A stretch of DNA of 64,000 nucleotides, from positions 46,791,568 through 46,855,567 of the forward strand of contig JBOZIK010000001.1 in NCBI GenBank assembly GCA_051453625.1, in the 5' to 3' direction. The first letter of the stretch is position 1. Each line of letters starts with the position of its first letter. This document shows, piece after piece, positions 44,681 through 58,899 of the stretch. A program made the position numbers and the translations under genes. Below the pieces are notes generated by a model that searched no databases, was not told the origin of the DNA, and saw only the letters and a list, made by a program, of their open reading frames with translations. Source of the DNA: Welwitschia mirabilis (lineage: Eukaryota).

Positions 44681-46310
44681 TCAAGTGCTAGCTCTTAGAT
44701 CATCGTTATCATCATCATTGTCCTTAGTGATAGAGGTCTGGATGATGTATGAGGAAGATGATACGAGTGGAAGTCTACGCTACTTTCGTGATGACTACTG
44801 CAATGTCTTACCATGGTTCTCAGAGGCCTGTCTCCTCATACGCAAGTACGTGTGAGGGTTAATGTAGGTGCCAAAGAAGCTGATGATAGCTGACGGTGGA
44901 ACAGTGCTAAAAGGTGGAGCATGAATGGGAAATGTAAGAGGTGGTGGTGGAGATGAAAGGAGAGGTGGTGAAGGTATACGAAGTGGTGATGGAGGCGGTG
45001 TGGGATAGCAAATGGGTAGTTTGTGACAAGGCCTGCAAAACATGACGGGTTCATCATCAGGGCTCTCAGAGTCCACTTGCTGCTCCCTTTGTGCCTGTGC
45101 TAGAGCCCGGTGTGTCTCCTATGCCTACGCTAGAGCCTAGTTCTCCCCCTGAAGATGTGACTCCTTCTTTGTGGACTCTGACGATCAGAATCCTTGGCTC
45201 TATCTGAATCATAACCTGTAGCAATAGGTACAGGAGGTGCCTCTACCTTAGGCTCCTTCTCTGAATCAGACCAAGTGGGAGTCCCCATAGATTCCTAACT
45301 ACTTGTAGGTGCCTCTCCCTCATTGGCTACATACCAGGGCTTCTTCAACCTCAAGAGATTTCTGCCAATCTTACCTCCCATTTTCGCAGTTGCCTTGAAA
45401 CCCTTCTTTACTGATAAGGAACTGTGAGTAGCTGTAGAATAGGAGCTTTGAAATTGTGCCTTAGAAGGTCTTCTTCTGGTGCCTTTACTTGCTGGCATTG
45501 GAGCTCGCCACATTTCCCTGAACTCTGAAAGTGGCCTTTTGGAACGAATGAGATTAAGTTGTAAAACTGAGATACCAACATTACTAATTATTATACTAAT
45601 CAAACAAGGGTGATCCACAGTCCACCCCTTATAAAAAAGAGTAATGACATCCATGCATAATATGAAGCCAAGATCAATTTTGAGTCCTGTGAGAAGTTAG
45701 TATATCACAAAAGTCTGCATCGGGTTACAATAGCTGGAGCTACTAGTATATTATAAAATGTAATTAAACTCAAAATGGACGCATTAGGTACCATGTCTTT
45801 ACATTCCACATTCTTATAAAAGTTTATCTTTGATTGCCCAAAGAAAATATTGCTCAACAAACGCTGTGAAAAGTTAAGAGAGAGACATGCGAAAATATCC
45901 TTAAAGGGATGCATATATATCCGAGGAAGCTTTGAATCACCTTATGCTAAGAATGGAATTGATAAAACTAGGTGTAAGAAAGAGGTACCTCGTACTTGAG
46001 TCTAAAAAGTGCCAGTGTTGTCATCTATCTCATGAATGTTAGCATAGAACTCCCGAATAAGGGGGTCTGGAATGCCCTACTCTAATTGAACTGTCATGTC
46101 TCAACCAAGACTAGAGAAATAAGAAAGGAGCTGATCTTTCCTATGCTTTTGAAAGCCAAGAGTCCTTTTTGTAATAATGGAGTTCTTGGTCTAGGTTTTA
46201 AAAAGTTTTGCAGTTGACTCATGATAGAACTATGGCTCATATTGAGGTCTGTGTGTTTTAATGACAAGTTCCTTTTATTTTGAGGCTTCAGAGGGCTTTC
46301 TCCTTGCCAT
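44681..46310 (-). pseudogene. Sirevirus env-like extra ORF (disrupted)
   Basis: Starts MARRKPS (46310), contains SLG*D...PDPLIREFYANI...VRG and a proline-rich, acidic tail ending DNDDDNDDLRAST*. Lies between pol and the PPT. Confidence 0.7.
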
Positions 46311-47047
46311 TTTGAAGGAAAAATACTAAAAGAACTGAACACTGAGAAGCAAATGTGAAAGAACCAATGAAAAAGAGCACATGTTAAAGAAAAGAGTACC
46401 TGATTTGCTAGCTATGAAGACTTTTTCCAAATTAAAGACATCTATGCTAAGAGATTTGAGAAAAATCAGGCTATAGAGGACTCTAAGAGGGACACCTCCT
46501 AAGTGGAGGAGTGAAAATGATGGATGGTGGTCCCTTTCTTGAATAAAAAGGGTTGAAAACCTTTGTTTTGACACGCATTTTATTTTTGGATGTGGTACAC
46601 GAAAGATGTGTATCACTTTAAAGATGCCTAAAATGACGAAAGTAAACGTCTATTACTTTTAAAGATGCCTTTTGATAAGAAATTCTAATGGTTACCTCTG
46701 CACTGTAAAGAGGTCTACATACTCAAAGACATTTATTTTGAAAAGCAATAAAATTTTAAAAAATAAGACTTGATCTTCAAAGATATCTGGTATACCAAAG
46801 ATGTCTGCTCAAAAGATGTCTACAAACTGATGATGTCTCTAAGGTAGACATCTTCCACTCAAAAATGTCTTTCCTGCAAAATAAAAACTTCGAAATTTTC
46901 TACAGCTAATGTCAAGGTTAGATTACCAGAGCTTAAAAAATGATAAAGTAACATCCACATGATATATTAATCTATGCTCTATCTTATATCTCAACTCATA
47001 GAGTATAAAATGCAGAGTTGAAAGTTTGAAAGTGATGACTTAGTGAC

Positions 47048-50000
47048 TTACCTGATTAGGCAAAGCCCAATCCCTAAGTTTCTACACAATTTGATAAACC
47101 TATCACCACTTAGTGGTTTGGTAAATACATCAGCACGTTGATCATCAATATTAATGTATTCCAAAATGATGTCTTTGTTTTGTATATCGCTTTTGACGAA
47201 TGATGTTTGATCTCTATATGTTTGGTTCTTGAATGCTAAATGAATTCTTCAAGATGTGGATAGTGCTTTTGTTGTTGCAATAAATGGGAATTCTTTGCAT
47301 GGTTAGTCCGAAGTCTTTTAATGTTTGCTTCATCTAAAGTAACTGAGAACAACAACTTCTAACAGCGATGTACATAGCTTAAGCAATTAATAGGAAAGTT
47401 GAATTTCTCTTTTTGCTGCTTCAGACATCAAACATTACCTAAGCAAGAAGCAATTTTCACTAGTGCTCCTTCTATCGTGTTTGCAACTTGCCCAATCTAC
47501 ATCACAATACCCAACTAGATTAAGGAAGAAGTCCTTTGAATACCAGAGGGCCTAGTTAGTAGTACCTTTTAAACAGTGAAATATTCTCTTCATTGTTGTA
47601 AGATGTGATTTTATAAGATCACTTTCATAATGAGCACAATGCCTACACTTGAAATGATATCAGACGTACTAGTAGTAAGATATAAAAAACTACCAATCGC
47701 ACCTCTACACAACTTTTGGTCAACCTTCTTATCATGCTCATCCTTTTCCAGTTTCATGCTTTGACTCATTGGGATATCTTTGGCATTACAATCCTGTAAG
47801 CCATAGTTAACCAATAAATTTTTAACATATTTAGTTTGAGAAACAAACGTATCTTCTTTGTGTTACACCACTTGAAGCCCCAAGAAGTTACTCATTTCTC
47901 CCATGAGAATCATCTCAAATTTGTCCTGCATAATCTTAGCAAGCTTCTTACATAATAATTTGTTAGTAGCACCATAAATGATATCACCCACGTAGATTTA
48001 TACAATAATAAAATTCTTATCATCTGTTTTAATAAATAATGTAACATCAGATGTATCTTTTTCAATCTATTTTCAATTAGATGTTCTGAGATTTTCTCAT
48101 ACCAAGCTCTGGGATCTTGCTTGAGATCATAGAGAGTCTTCTTAAGACTATAAACATAATTTGATTTATGGGAGTTAGTAAAACCCTTTGGTTGCTCAAA
48201 GTGTACCTTCTCTTGAAGTACTCCATTTAGAAAGGCACTTTTGACTTCCATCTGATAGAATCTGAATTCTTTGATAGATGCAAAGGCTAAGAGCATTCTT
48301 ATAGACTCCATACATGCTACTGATGGAAAGGTTTCTTTAAAGTCTATGCCTTCTTGTGGGTTGTACTCTTTTGTTACTAATCTTGTTTGTTTCTGATAAT
48401 ATTATCGCTTTCATCTGTTTTGTTTCTAAAGACCCATTTTGTGCTAATCACAAGTTTGTTGGATGGCCTTGGAATGAGTTCTAAGACATGACACCTTCCA
48501 AACTGATTAAGTTTCTCTTGCATTACTAGCATCCGCTGCTCATCACTTTCTACTTCATTGAGAGTTTTGGGTTGTACCTGTGAGATATATGCTGCAAATC
48601 CAAAAAATACCTTTGCATGGCTTTGAGTTTGAATACCACCATACAAAATACCTATGATGTTGCTTATGGAATGACTTCTTTTTAGTCTAATCATGTTTGA
48701 AGAGATTTCTTTATTAGTTTCTTCTTCCTTCTCTTCCTCATTGTCTGATTGTGCTTGAGAATTGCTAGTGGTTGTTCAAGCTATATGGGAATATAGTCAT
48801 CCTACACACAAATAGAAGTTAAGTTAGTATAATCTATTTTAACATTTATAGTTTTCTCCAACACACGTGTTCTGTCATTGAACACTCGATAAGCTTTGAT
48901 AATTAGGGTAACTTAAAAATGCCATTGTCAGCTTTGGAATCGAATTTTTTTAGCTTATACTTTTCATTTAACATGAGCCATTTTGAATCAAATACATGAA
49001 AATAACTTACTGAGGGCTTCTGACCAGACTATAGTTCATATGAGGTTTTGGAAGTAAACTGTCTTACCAGAACTCGGTTACAAGCATAGTATGTAATGTT
49101 AATGGTTCCCGTCCAAAAATGATATAGAATCTGTTAATCGTCCATCATCATTCTTGCCATTTCATTTAGAGCCTCATTCTTTCTTTCAGCAACTCCATTT
49201 TGTTGTGGAGTTCTTGATGTAGAGAATTGATGAAGAATGCTAAACTGTTCACAAAAGTTTTTGCACCTTCTATTTTTTAAATTCAATGCCATTATCAATT
49301 CTTATTATCCTAATCTTGTATCACTTTTGGTTCTGTCACTTGATACGCATCTTAGAGAAAATGTTAAGTGCCTTATCCTTATGTGCAATGAAGGCTACCC
49401 ATGTAAAACAAGAGAAATCATTAATAACAGTTGGGTAATATCTTTTCTTATCAAGACTTTTAATAGGAGACAGACCAACGATGTCAAGATGCAAAAGATC
49501 TAAGGGACATTTAGTAGTGAAAGAGTTTTTCTTACCAAATCTTACGCATGTTTGCTTTCCTTTTTGGCATGCCTCACAAACTTGATCATCACAGCTTTGC
49601 AACTTAGGAAGTCCTCTAACCATGTCTTTTGAAGACAAGGTTTTTAGCAAGTCTTTGTTTACATGCCCAAGCTTCCTGTGTCATAGATTCATTTCACTTG
49701 CAGTGCTTAATAGGCACTTAGTTCCCTTGTTAGAAATATCTTGTAAAGTAGTGATATAAATGCTAGATTTTTTAACCTTAGCCAATAATATCTTGTTTGA
49801 GTTATATTTTTTGATAACACAATTATATTTGGTAAAAGTTACAGAAAAGTTTGCATCACACAACTAAATAACACTTAGAAGATTATGTTCCAACCCTTTT
49901 ACAAAGGAAACATCTTTTGCCTCAGGCAGATTACCTCCTCTAATGGTTTTAATACGTCTCATGAGAGCCTCTGTATTATCACCAAAGGTGACTACTCCTT

Positions 50001-51790
50001 TGCCTTGATCTACCAAGATGGTAAATCTAGATTTTTCTTCAGTCGTGTGACTTGAAATTCCACTATCAATATACCAAGCATGTTTCTTTAGTGCAATTTG
50101 AGATAAGAGACCTGATCTTGATTTTGGAATTCATATCTTCTTTGGTTTGTCCTGCATGAGATGTTGTATCATGCTTCTTGACCTTTTAGCACTATTAGCA
50201 TAATATTTGATATTGAATTTAAAAGGACAATTAAACTGGTAATGATCACATTTATAATAATAATAATAGGTAATGTTATTAGTATAAACTAAAGGCTCAT
50301 ACCTTGGCTTGGAGTTCCATTTGTTGAATAATGATGCTGAAGTACTAGTAGTGGCTTTATTGTGGCCTAAGCCACTTTTATCATTTGGATTCCCTTGGGT
50401 AAAATTCTCATTGTTCCTTTTAGTATCAACAAGTTCCTCTCTAACATTCTTTAATTCATATTTTAGCTTACTAATCTTAGCTTTAAGAGCTGAGTTCTCA
50501 GAATGAGCTAATTCATAAGAATGGAGCAATTTTTTCATTTTAGAGCATACCTTTTGCAACTTAATGAACTCTTTAGAAATTGAGTCATACCTTTCTTGAA
50601 GTTCCATACCTGCTTCACCTTCAGTTTCTGATTTGATTCTTCTTTTCCTTCTTCATTGTCATTTTGAAAATGCACAATGATTATGTAAGATGGATGAGCT
50701 CTTTTGTCATCAAATGTCTCTACTTTAATTGCATCATCATCAGCATCCTAGCTTGTGAAGAAAGCTCTCTTCTTCTTGGGTTCTTTCTTTTGTGCTTTTT
50801 CTTGTAATCTGTTAGAGTGAGGACATTCCGAGGCTATGTGTTCTCGTCCTTCACAAACCCAAAATTCTAACTTAGAAATATCATACTGAGAAGAAAGTGA
50901 AGAACTACTAAAAGGTTTACCTTTGGGCTTACCTCTGGCTTGAAATTCAAATGGTTTTTGGTAGTCCTCCTTCTTGTTACTCTTTCGTGAAAGAAGCCTT
51001 ATGACTTGCCTTGTGATGAGAGCAAGTTCTTCTTCCACATCATTTTCAGAGTTATGTCCATTTGATACTTGTTTTGTTTTATCTTTGGAAGCTTGCCTTG
51101 GGTTTTCACTAGCTTTAAGAATCATAGGCTTATCCTTCAGAGCACCATCTTGAATAAGATTCATCTCGTAAGCTGTTAGAACACTTTGCAATTTCTCAAT
51201 CTTCATTGTGTTGAAGTCTCTTGATTATTTCATGGTTGTCATTTTAGGCCTACATTCTGGATTTAGGAATCTAACAACTTTTTGAGTTACCTTGGCCTCT
51301 TGAAGATTCTCACCAATGCCACATATGGCATTCACTGTGTTAGAGACTCTTGTGAACTACTCACATACCCTCTTTCCATTATTCATCTTTGGGTTTTCAA
51401 ACTAATTAGTTGAGACTGGCAACTTTGATTGCTTGACGAAGGTTCCTTTCTACGTTCTCACTAGAACATTCCATATATCTTGTGTTGATTTGCATCCAGC
51501 TATTCAGTTGAATTCCTTCATTGTAACAGCTTAGTAAAGAGCATTTTTAGTCTTTGATTCATACATGAAGGTTGCATTTTCTTTATCTTTCTAGTTTCTT
51601 CTAGGTTTGATTTGTGTGATGGAGTTCCTTGCAGCATCTATAGTGGTTTCTGTAGTTTTCAAGTATCTGTCTTCAATGCTTTGTTAAATCTAAAACTCAT
51701 AAGACTATAAGTACACCCATGTCCTCATTTTCCAATAGGCATAGTTAATCCCATTAAAAGTAAAAGTTTGACCAATGGCACCCCTTCCAT
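47048..51790 (-). pseudogene. Sirevirus gag-pol (disrupted)
   Basis: gag FNGINYAYWKMR, protease WYIDSG, GAG-pre-integrase CEACQKGKQ, integrase TPQQNGVAER, RT YQMEVKSAFLNG and IYVGDII, RNase H ADVFTKPL, in copia order. Multiple stops and frameshifts. Confidence 0.93.
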
Positions 51791-51842
51791 AGTTCACTTA
51801 AGGATGTTACTCCTATTTCTAAGTACCCGCTCTAATACCATG

Positions 51843-53248
51843 TAAGGATCATTGAATTTAGAAGGGAAGGGTGAATGAGGTCAACCAAATAAAAATCATG
51901 AGTAAAATTAAGTAAAAATACACAATAAATAACTTACCAGATTAACGTAGTTCTTAAACCTGGGTACGTCTACACAAAGAGGATAGCTTCTCTTCACACT
52001 TGTAGATATCCTTAACCTTCAACATAGTGGTTTTGGAGCACTACCAACTTTACATACAAATGAGATGCCCCTCGCAAGGTAGCACTCTCTTCCCCTCAGG
52101 GATTATAATAGACAAGAACAAAAATTGTGCTCACAAGCATTCACGGAAGCATATCCATTCAAGGGTTGCCTTATAATTTAGAATCCTAAGCAAGGAATCC
52201 TAAAGATAATAATAAGTAATGGACTATAATGAATGTATTCAAACATCCGAGCAGTTTAAGTGCCAATAAATAATGCTAACAAAAGGAAACAAGCCTGAAA
52301 GATGTTACTTTGATGGAATGGTTGAGTTCTTCTTATTGTAGTCATTCACGAGTATCCAATATCAGAGTAATGCAGTTGTGGAAGAGCCAATGGCCAAGCA
52401 ATGTATGTACCAAATGGTCCTCTTCATCAAGCTCACATAAATCTTCATGAGCAGTGTCAATTACCCATGTGTGTAATCCTTTTTCTTTACACTTTGTGCC
52501 TTTTATAATTCTGATGTCCTCCTTGCCTTTAATCTAGAGAGATAGCCATTTGTAAACATTTAAATGCCATGCAATGGCTATAAACAACTAAGCTTTGGTT
52601 ATTTAATGACTATTTTATTTTTCATTAATTTTTTGATGTAGATCTCTTTGATATAGTAGACGTCTCTGTCAGGCAAATGTCTTCACCCTAAAAGACATCT
52701 TTAGTCAAATTGCCCATATTTCGATAAGACTTGAATTGTTGTATCTCTGATCATTAGAGATCATGAAATCAATGCGTAAAACTTGCTTAACTCCTTGGAA
52801 TGTAGATAATTCATCGTAGTACAATTTGCCTTTGTTACCTCTTTCAAGTTAGTATAGATGTCTTCGGTTTAGTAGATGTATTCAAACAATTGAAGTAGTA
52901 TAGGCGTCTTTAGTTTGCTAGATGTCCTTTACCCATCTCAGCTCCTTGATTCTATATAGACATATTTGACATGATAGACCTCTTTCCCTATGATGAACTC
53001 CGATTTAGTCTAGATGTCTTTGATATAGTAGATCTCTTTATCATAGACATCTTTAGATATGCAGACATCTTTAGTCAATTGTGCCTGTCCTTTACAAATT
53101 TTGAGTTGAAACTTTTGTGTACTTTGAACTTTAAGGTTTGACTGGGTTGATACCTATTTGCAGTTTGGTGTTCTTCAACTTTCCTATTGACACATTAGAT
53201 ACATCACATTTGACAAGTGGAATCATCAAGACTAGGATTTTACCAACA
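51843..53248 (-). repeat. 5' LTR of the Sirevirus
   Basis: Collinear with 42815-44196; adjacent to the PBS. Confidence 0.92.
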
Positions 53249-54599
53249 CTTAGACCTCACCTCTATCTAGCACTAAATAACAAGTAATGTGTAAGGTAAA
53301 TGTGTGCTTACAAATGATTCCTACTTTCTTAAGGCATTTCATGAGGATGAACACAATTCTTTAACATTAAGAGATGAGGATATTAAGTTAGAATAAATAT
53401 ATACATATATGGTTAAGGTAAGAGATTAATGATAAAATATACTTCTAAATGGGTTTTATATAAAAAAATCCAATGCGAACCAACTTCATGATAAATTCCA
53501 AGTATGAAAATGATGATTATTAGGATAATCTTGTTTTAGTTATCCTTTGATGAATATACACACACAAAAATGCATGCATACAATCTTACTTAATATGCTT
53601 TTTTGTGACCATTTTTCTAAGAAAATAATTATAAGAGGATTGGTTTTATTTTATTTAAATAATCATTCATAAAAATGAAAACTCCTCAATGGGGTGATTA
53701 TTTAATCACTGGGATACTTATCTTCCATTTAAGAAGTTGTGGTTTTGAAACTTTAAATGCCTACTTGGTATATCGTAAGGGCATGGTAATAATAAAATTA
53801 TTTATTTGGATAATCATGGTAGCTATAATTTTGAGGAGTTAGACACTTTTCCTCCAAGAAAGAAAATATACATATAAGTTCATTTGGTATACTAAAAATC
53901 ATTTGCATGTACTATCAATTAAATCATATGAAAGTGAGTGAAACCAGTGTCTATTCCTTTAATATTTCTAGTATGATATCTTTAATATAAATTATGATAG
54001 TTCTTTAGAGGACTAATGAAAAAGCATATTTCACATATAGTAACCATTTGCTCAAATTTAATTGACAAATTGATCATTTATTCACATGATATTATGTAAT
54101 TAAAGACAAGAAAAGAAGAGAAGATGAACGCTAAATCTAAATAGGCATAATAAAGTATAATCCTTACTTAAATTCATGTAACTATAAATAAGTAAAAGGG
54201 CCAAAATTGAAAAAAAATTGAGTTAATGAAATACTAAGGCAAGTTTTCAAGAATGTGTAAGCATTTGCACTAAAATAAAATTAAGTACGAGGAATTACAA
54301 GAAAGAAGTAGATCACCTATATATGGAGTTAATGATGTGTAAGAAATATAGTATATATGAATTAAATTACATATTCCTTGGCTAGTTATATAATTAAACT
54401 TAGTCCATTTAAAATTAGAAGACTTCACTTATTAAAGTGGAGGTGTCCGACACTAAATGGTAATTCAATATTAGCCTTTAAAAGCATCCAAAATACATAG
54501 TAACTACAAGGTTAAATAGCTTGTGATAAGGATATAGAGATAATGCAACTTAAAAAAACAATTTCCTATAATCATGTAATACATCCTCATAACCCAAGA

Positions 54600-55323
54600 T
54601 TAACTCTTGGAAAGTAACAAGGAGCCTCAAGCATCGTTTGCTGCATGATTATCGAGTGATATCAAATCACTCTTGCAGTTTTATTTGCTAATTATAGGCT
54701 GTGAAGGGGTTGACATGCAAGTCTTAAAAAAAGAATATGCCATGAAACAACTAGATTCTAAGGAGGCATTTATGAAATTGAGTTAAGACCTCTCTGATCA
54801 ATGCTTCAAGCTTTGAAGAGATACTTAACCTGCAAGTGAATTTTCTCTACCTGAATGTGGATCTAAGAAGCAATACTTTGCAAAATAATAGCCTTAATTC
54901 TAGAAAAGTAAATTTATTGGTTCTATGAAAAATATGATTACTTTAGTATTTCTAGATTATGTAAAAGATGTAAGGTTTAAGACACTTCTAGAGGGATAAG
55001 TAGTACCTTGGAAGATTTAATAGCTTTCCAAGAAGAATATGCTTCCAGTTTGGATGAGATCCTTGAAAGAATATAAGAATCCATGTCTAAGAAATTTAAG
55101 CCATAAATCAATTAATAAAGCATATTAGAACTTGCCTTCATTATCTTAGAAAGGATCAATAGTAGCCATGTATCCCATATGGATAGGCCCTTACTAATAG
55201 GTAGACGTTGATGAAGTAGATGCCACAAAAGGTGCTATTGTTTTGGTGAGGTAGGTAATTAAGGTATGCCATAATTTATCACAAAATATTCTTAATGGGT
55301 ATATCTTTTAAAAGCCATGATAA

Positions 55324-55366
<43 letters not shown>

Positions 55367-56980
55367 GTTCTGTTTTCTTTTTTCTTTTTTTAAATTTTTG
55401 CTTATAAAAATAAAAAGGCCATCTTTCCATGGTATTTAGTTTAGATGTAACACATAATTAACACAAACATGAAGTGTATTAGAAATTTGAGATATAAGAT
55501 CCACAATCTTCTTCTTCTTCTTCTTCTATTAAAAGCATTGGAGTTATCAGAAAGATGCTAAAATGTTTCCCATGAAATCCATTAATTATTTAAATAAAGA
55601 CATGAAAAAGAACCACACTCCTATTCAACCAATGAACTATCAATTAAGGTTTTAAAGAGGTAACTAAAGTCCCATTTAATGGTAATCACCATGGAAATGC
55701 ATCTTACAATATAGATAAAGAGATAGCAAAACCATTTTAAATAATCTTCTTATAAATCATTTTTCATGAAAATTGAATCTCTTTTTAGGATAATAAATCT
55801 TAACTTCCATTAGAGACGTAACATTTTAATAGAATGGATATCTTTATAGCTTGCATTATTGTGTGCCATTGTACTTTTTGGATGCGTAGTCTTTCATCCT
55901 TCAAAAATCAAGTTATAACATGATCCTATGGAGTTAAAACAACTATTGAATCACTTACCACATCATAGTAGCACATGTTAGACTAGTAGCATGCACTATT
56001 TAATGTTTCATTTCACTACGAGGCTAACCCAATATGATGTACCATTGTGTGGCTATAGACTACCACCATTTAAGAAAAGAGTGAAGTAACTTAAATTCGA
56101 GCCAGCTTACTAGTGTAGGAGACAAAGTGAAATACCATACAAAAAGAAGTAAAAAAGGTTCAAACCCTCATTTTCCTTGGGTAAGCAAAAAACTTATTAT
56201 GCAATTTTGTGAATTCATTTCCTATTATTTTCACATGACCACATGAAATTGAGAAGTAATTTTTTGATTTTCTTATAACTTAAAATAATAAGATCCCAAA
56301 AAGAGGAATATGAAATATGAGTAAGAAAAAATACTTTTACACACTATGTATTTCCTCATTATTATGGACCTTTAGCTTTTCATCTATCTACTTTGGAAGC
56401 CAATTTATTAAGAGTACATAGTCTATATAAATCCATTGAAAATAAAGGAAGTTCTAAGAATTTCTATCATCGCATCATCTTGAATGATTTTTCATAATTT
56501 AGAGAAAAACCATCTATAATTTTTGGAAAGAGTTATCAATTAATCTTAGAATTAGAGAGAGAATAATAAAGATCAATAGTAGATAGTAGCTTATTAGTTA
56601 CAAATTGAAAGTTCTTAATAAAAAAGAAGCATTCATCTAAAGTGCATGTTAATAAGTTGCTTTGGATTTTTATCAATACAAATACCATGAGTAAGATTAT
56701 CCTACTCATCCTTCTAAATAGCATGCTATAAAAAGTCTCCTTCAATAATAAAAGGGTAGGAAGCAAAAGGAAATTCCTTCCATTTAGATATTTCAATAGA
56801 AAGGGTGGAATTAATGTCTCTTGTAATAGCAACACAAGCATTTACATCCTTGAATAAATTATTTATCATATAATTTAAAACCATCCCAACTCCTACCTTT
56901 CCATGCAAATTAAGATAAGTTTTCATTCACCTCTATCACAAGATTTTTCATAATCAAGTTTAAGGAAGCCAATATCTTGT
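54600..56980 (-). pseudogene. Eroded LINE ORF2 relic (endonuclease end at the right)
   Basis: ORF 56726-56926 has HGKVGVG and PFIIEGDF (GG.G and GDFN-like motifs). The rest is weak and the left boundary is a guess. Confidence 0.35.
55326..55364. repeat. (CT)n microsatellite
   Basis: About 19 perfect CT units. Confidence 0.97.
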
Positions 56981-56987
56981 TAGTATT

Positions 56988-57390
56988 TGTGACATCCTAA
57001 TCCTAATTAAGCACTATTTTTTCCTTGATTTAATATTATTAAATAATAAGCACAATGAAACCTTGGATCAAATTATACTTTTTTAAAATTAGTATTTTTA
57101 TATTTTGGAAAAAAATAGATCATATTGTTATCATATATTTACTTATAAGTAATTTGTAAGTTATTTTGATTTACAAACAATAGCGATGTCATATATTTGT
57201 GTCCTATAGTTTTCATCACACACAGAGATATTTTGTGTATGGTCAAGGAGATGTAAACTTCTTATGTACATAGATAAGTTTGAGGGTAGTACCTAACTAG
57301 TATAATAGGAGGTTGTAACTTCTATTAGTAGCATTCTAACTTGATATTTGGTCATCCTTTGGATGTGAGTTGGCTTTACTTCAGGTTCTA
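56988..57390. repeat. Second copy of the LTR-like repeat at 42359-42814
   Basis: Starts TGTGACATCC; same ordered blocks. Confidence 0.55.
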
Positions 57391-58369
57391 AACTATATAA
57401 ACATGGTCGGACTTAACTCCATAGGATTTTACTTCACACTGATATACCTCAATATAAGTAACAAGTGGTACGTGAGATGGAAACATGCTTACAAGTAAAC
57501 CTACTTCTTTGAAACATCTCCAGATGGTGTAATATGATCCTTTGATGCCAAGGGCTTTAGATATTAAGTTGGACAAGTTTATAAATGGGTAGGGTAAGAG
57601 TGTGATGATCAAATCCACTTTTAGAATGCTCTATTTGAAAAAAAAAAAAAAATAAAAAAAAAATGAAATGTAACCTATCTTAATAATGAAATGCAAGTGT
57701 GTGGATGATCATGATTAAGATCATCTTGATTTAGTTCTATATAACACCCAAATTCATACAAACAATTCTATCTAATGTATGGATTTAATGGATTATTTAC
57801 CTAGTTATAATATTGTTAATCATCATTAGGTTTATTTTATAGAATCAATCATACAAAAAAAAAGGAAGAAAATAAAAGAAAAGACAAACTAGAACATCCT
57901 TATATCTAGGATTATATTAATGAAAATCTAAATAAAAGAAATAACTTGTTCTTGTTTTTCACATTAATAATAATAATGATGACATTCAAATGTATCAAAT
58001 CATATCTTAAGTATATACCTAAAGGAAACTAATCTATACATGGAGCTATGCAAATCTTAAAAGTATTTGCAATGATAATGTGATAATCTATGATGGTCAT
58101 GTGTAACGAAGATAAACAAAATAAAGTAAAGTTTAAAACATGGTTATTAAAACATAATTCTTTAGCTAAGACTCATATAGTTATAGTATAAGTCAAGAAG
58201 ATAGATGATAAATTAAGGACTATTCGAGGTACTTAAATTACTAAAGTAAAAACCTTTATAAGCACGCTTATCAAAAGTAAGTAAAAATAAAAAATGTAAA
58301 ATAGGTACTCTTCCTAATGAAATGTTATGCATAAATAATGCAACTTAAAGTTGCTAATGATAGTCAATG

Positions 58370-58540
58370 ACTGCTTACCAGAGTGGTAAGATCACAGAAA
58401 CATGGATCCAGAGGTTCAAAGTTCAAACCCTAATAGTGATGAGGAAGTACAAGCAAGAATGAATTCCGTAAGCCTAAGTTTCACTAGGTATTTGTGTGGC
58501 ACAAAATTACCTATCCCCTATCTCTTCAAAATAAATTATT
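58370..58540 (+). mobile_element. Degenerate tRNA-derived SINE-like element
   Basis: A-box-like TACCAGAGTGG and B-box-like AGTTCAAACCC about 30 nt apart, with an A-rich end. No TSD identified. Confidence 0.35.
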
Positions 58541-58899
58541 AATAATAACTTATCTTATATACTTGAATTACCTACATAATTTTATTTAGTAAATTTTCTA
58601 TATTTTAAGGCATTAATTATAAATTTTTTAGAGCTTTAAAGAAACATCGTAATAAAAAAATTAACAATTACTTAATTATAAAGAAAATAAATAAATTACA
58701 ATAGCTTTTTCGAAACTAGATTCAATTAGGATTCTGAGAAATTAACTTAAACTATTATAGATTTTTAAAAGTAGTATTTCCAAGGTTATAATTTAAGGTT
58801 AAAAACTATCGATTTAGTTTCAGAATGTGGTATTGCTAAATGACCTAAAGTTAGACTTAGAACATTCAAAATCTTAATTTAAACAATACAACACCACTG

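Larger units (their letters stand above)
42815..53248 (-). mobile_element. Complete decayed Sirevirus (Ty1/copia SIRE lineage), 10.4 kb
   Basis: LTRs 51843-53248 (5') and 42815-44196 (3'). 5-bp TSD CTTAG at 42810-42814 and 53249-53253. PBS TGGTATTAGAGC (reverse strand, 51829-51840). Decayed PPT at 44197-44210. C-rich ATTCACC(A)CCCCCCTCT LTR-end motif. Confidence 0.95.

Noticed and set aside
44795..45076. Extensin-like proline-rich gene
   Set aside because: Lies inside the Sirevirus env-like ORF and is not a host gene.
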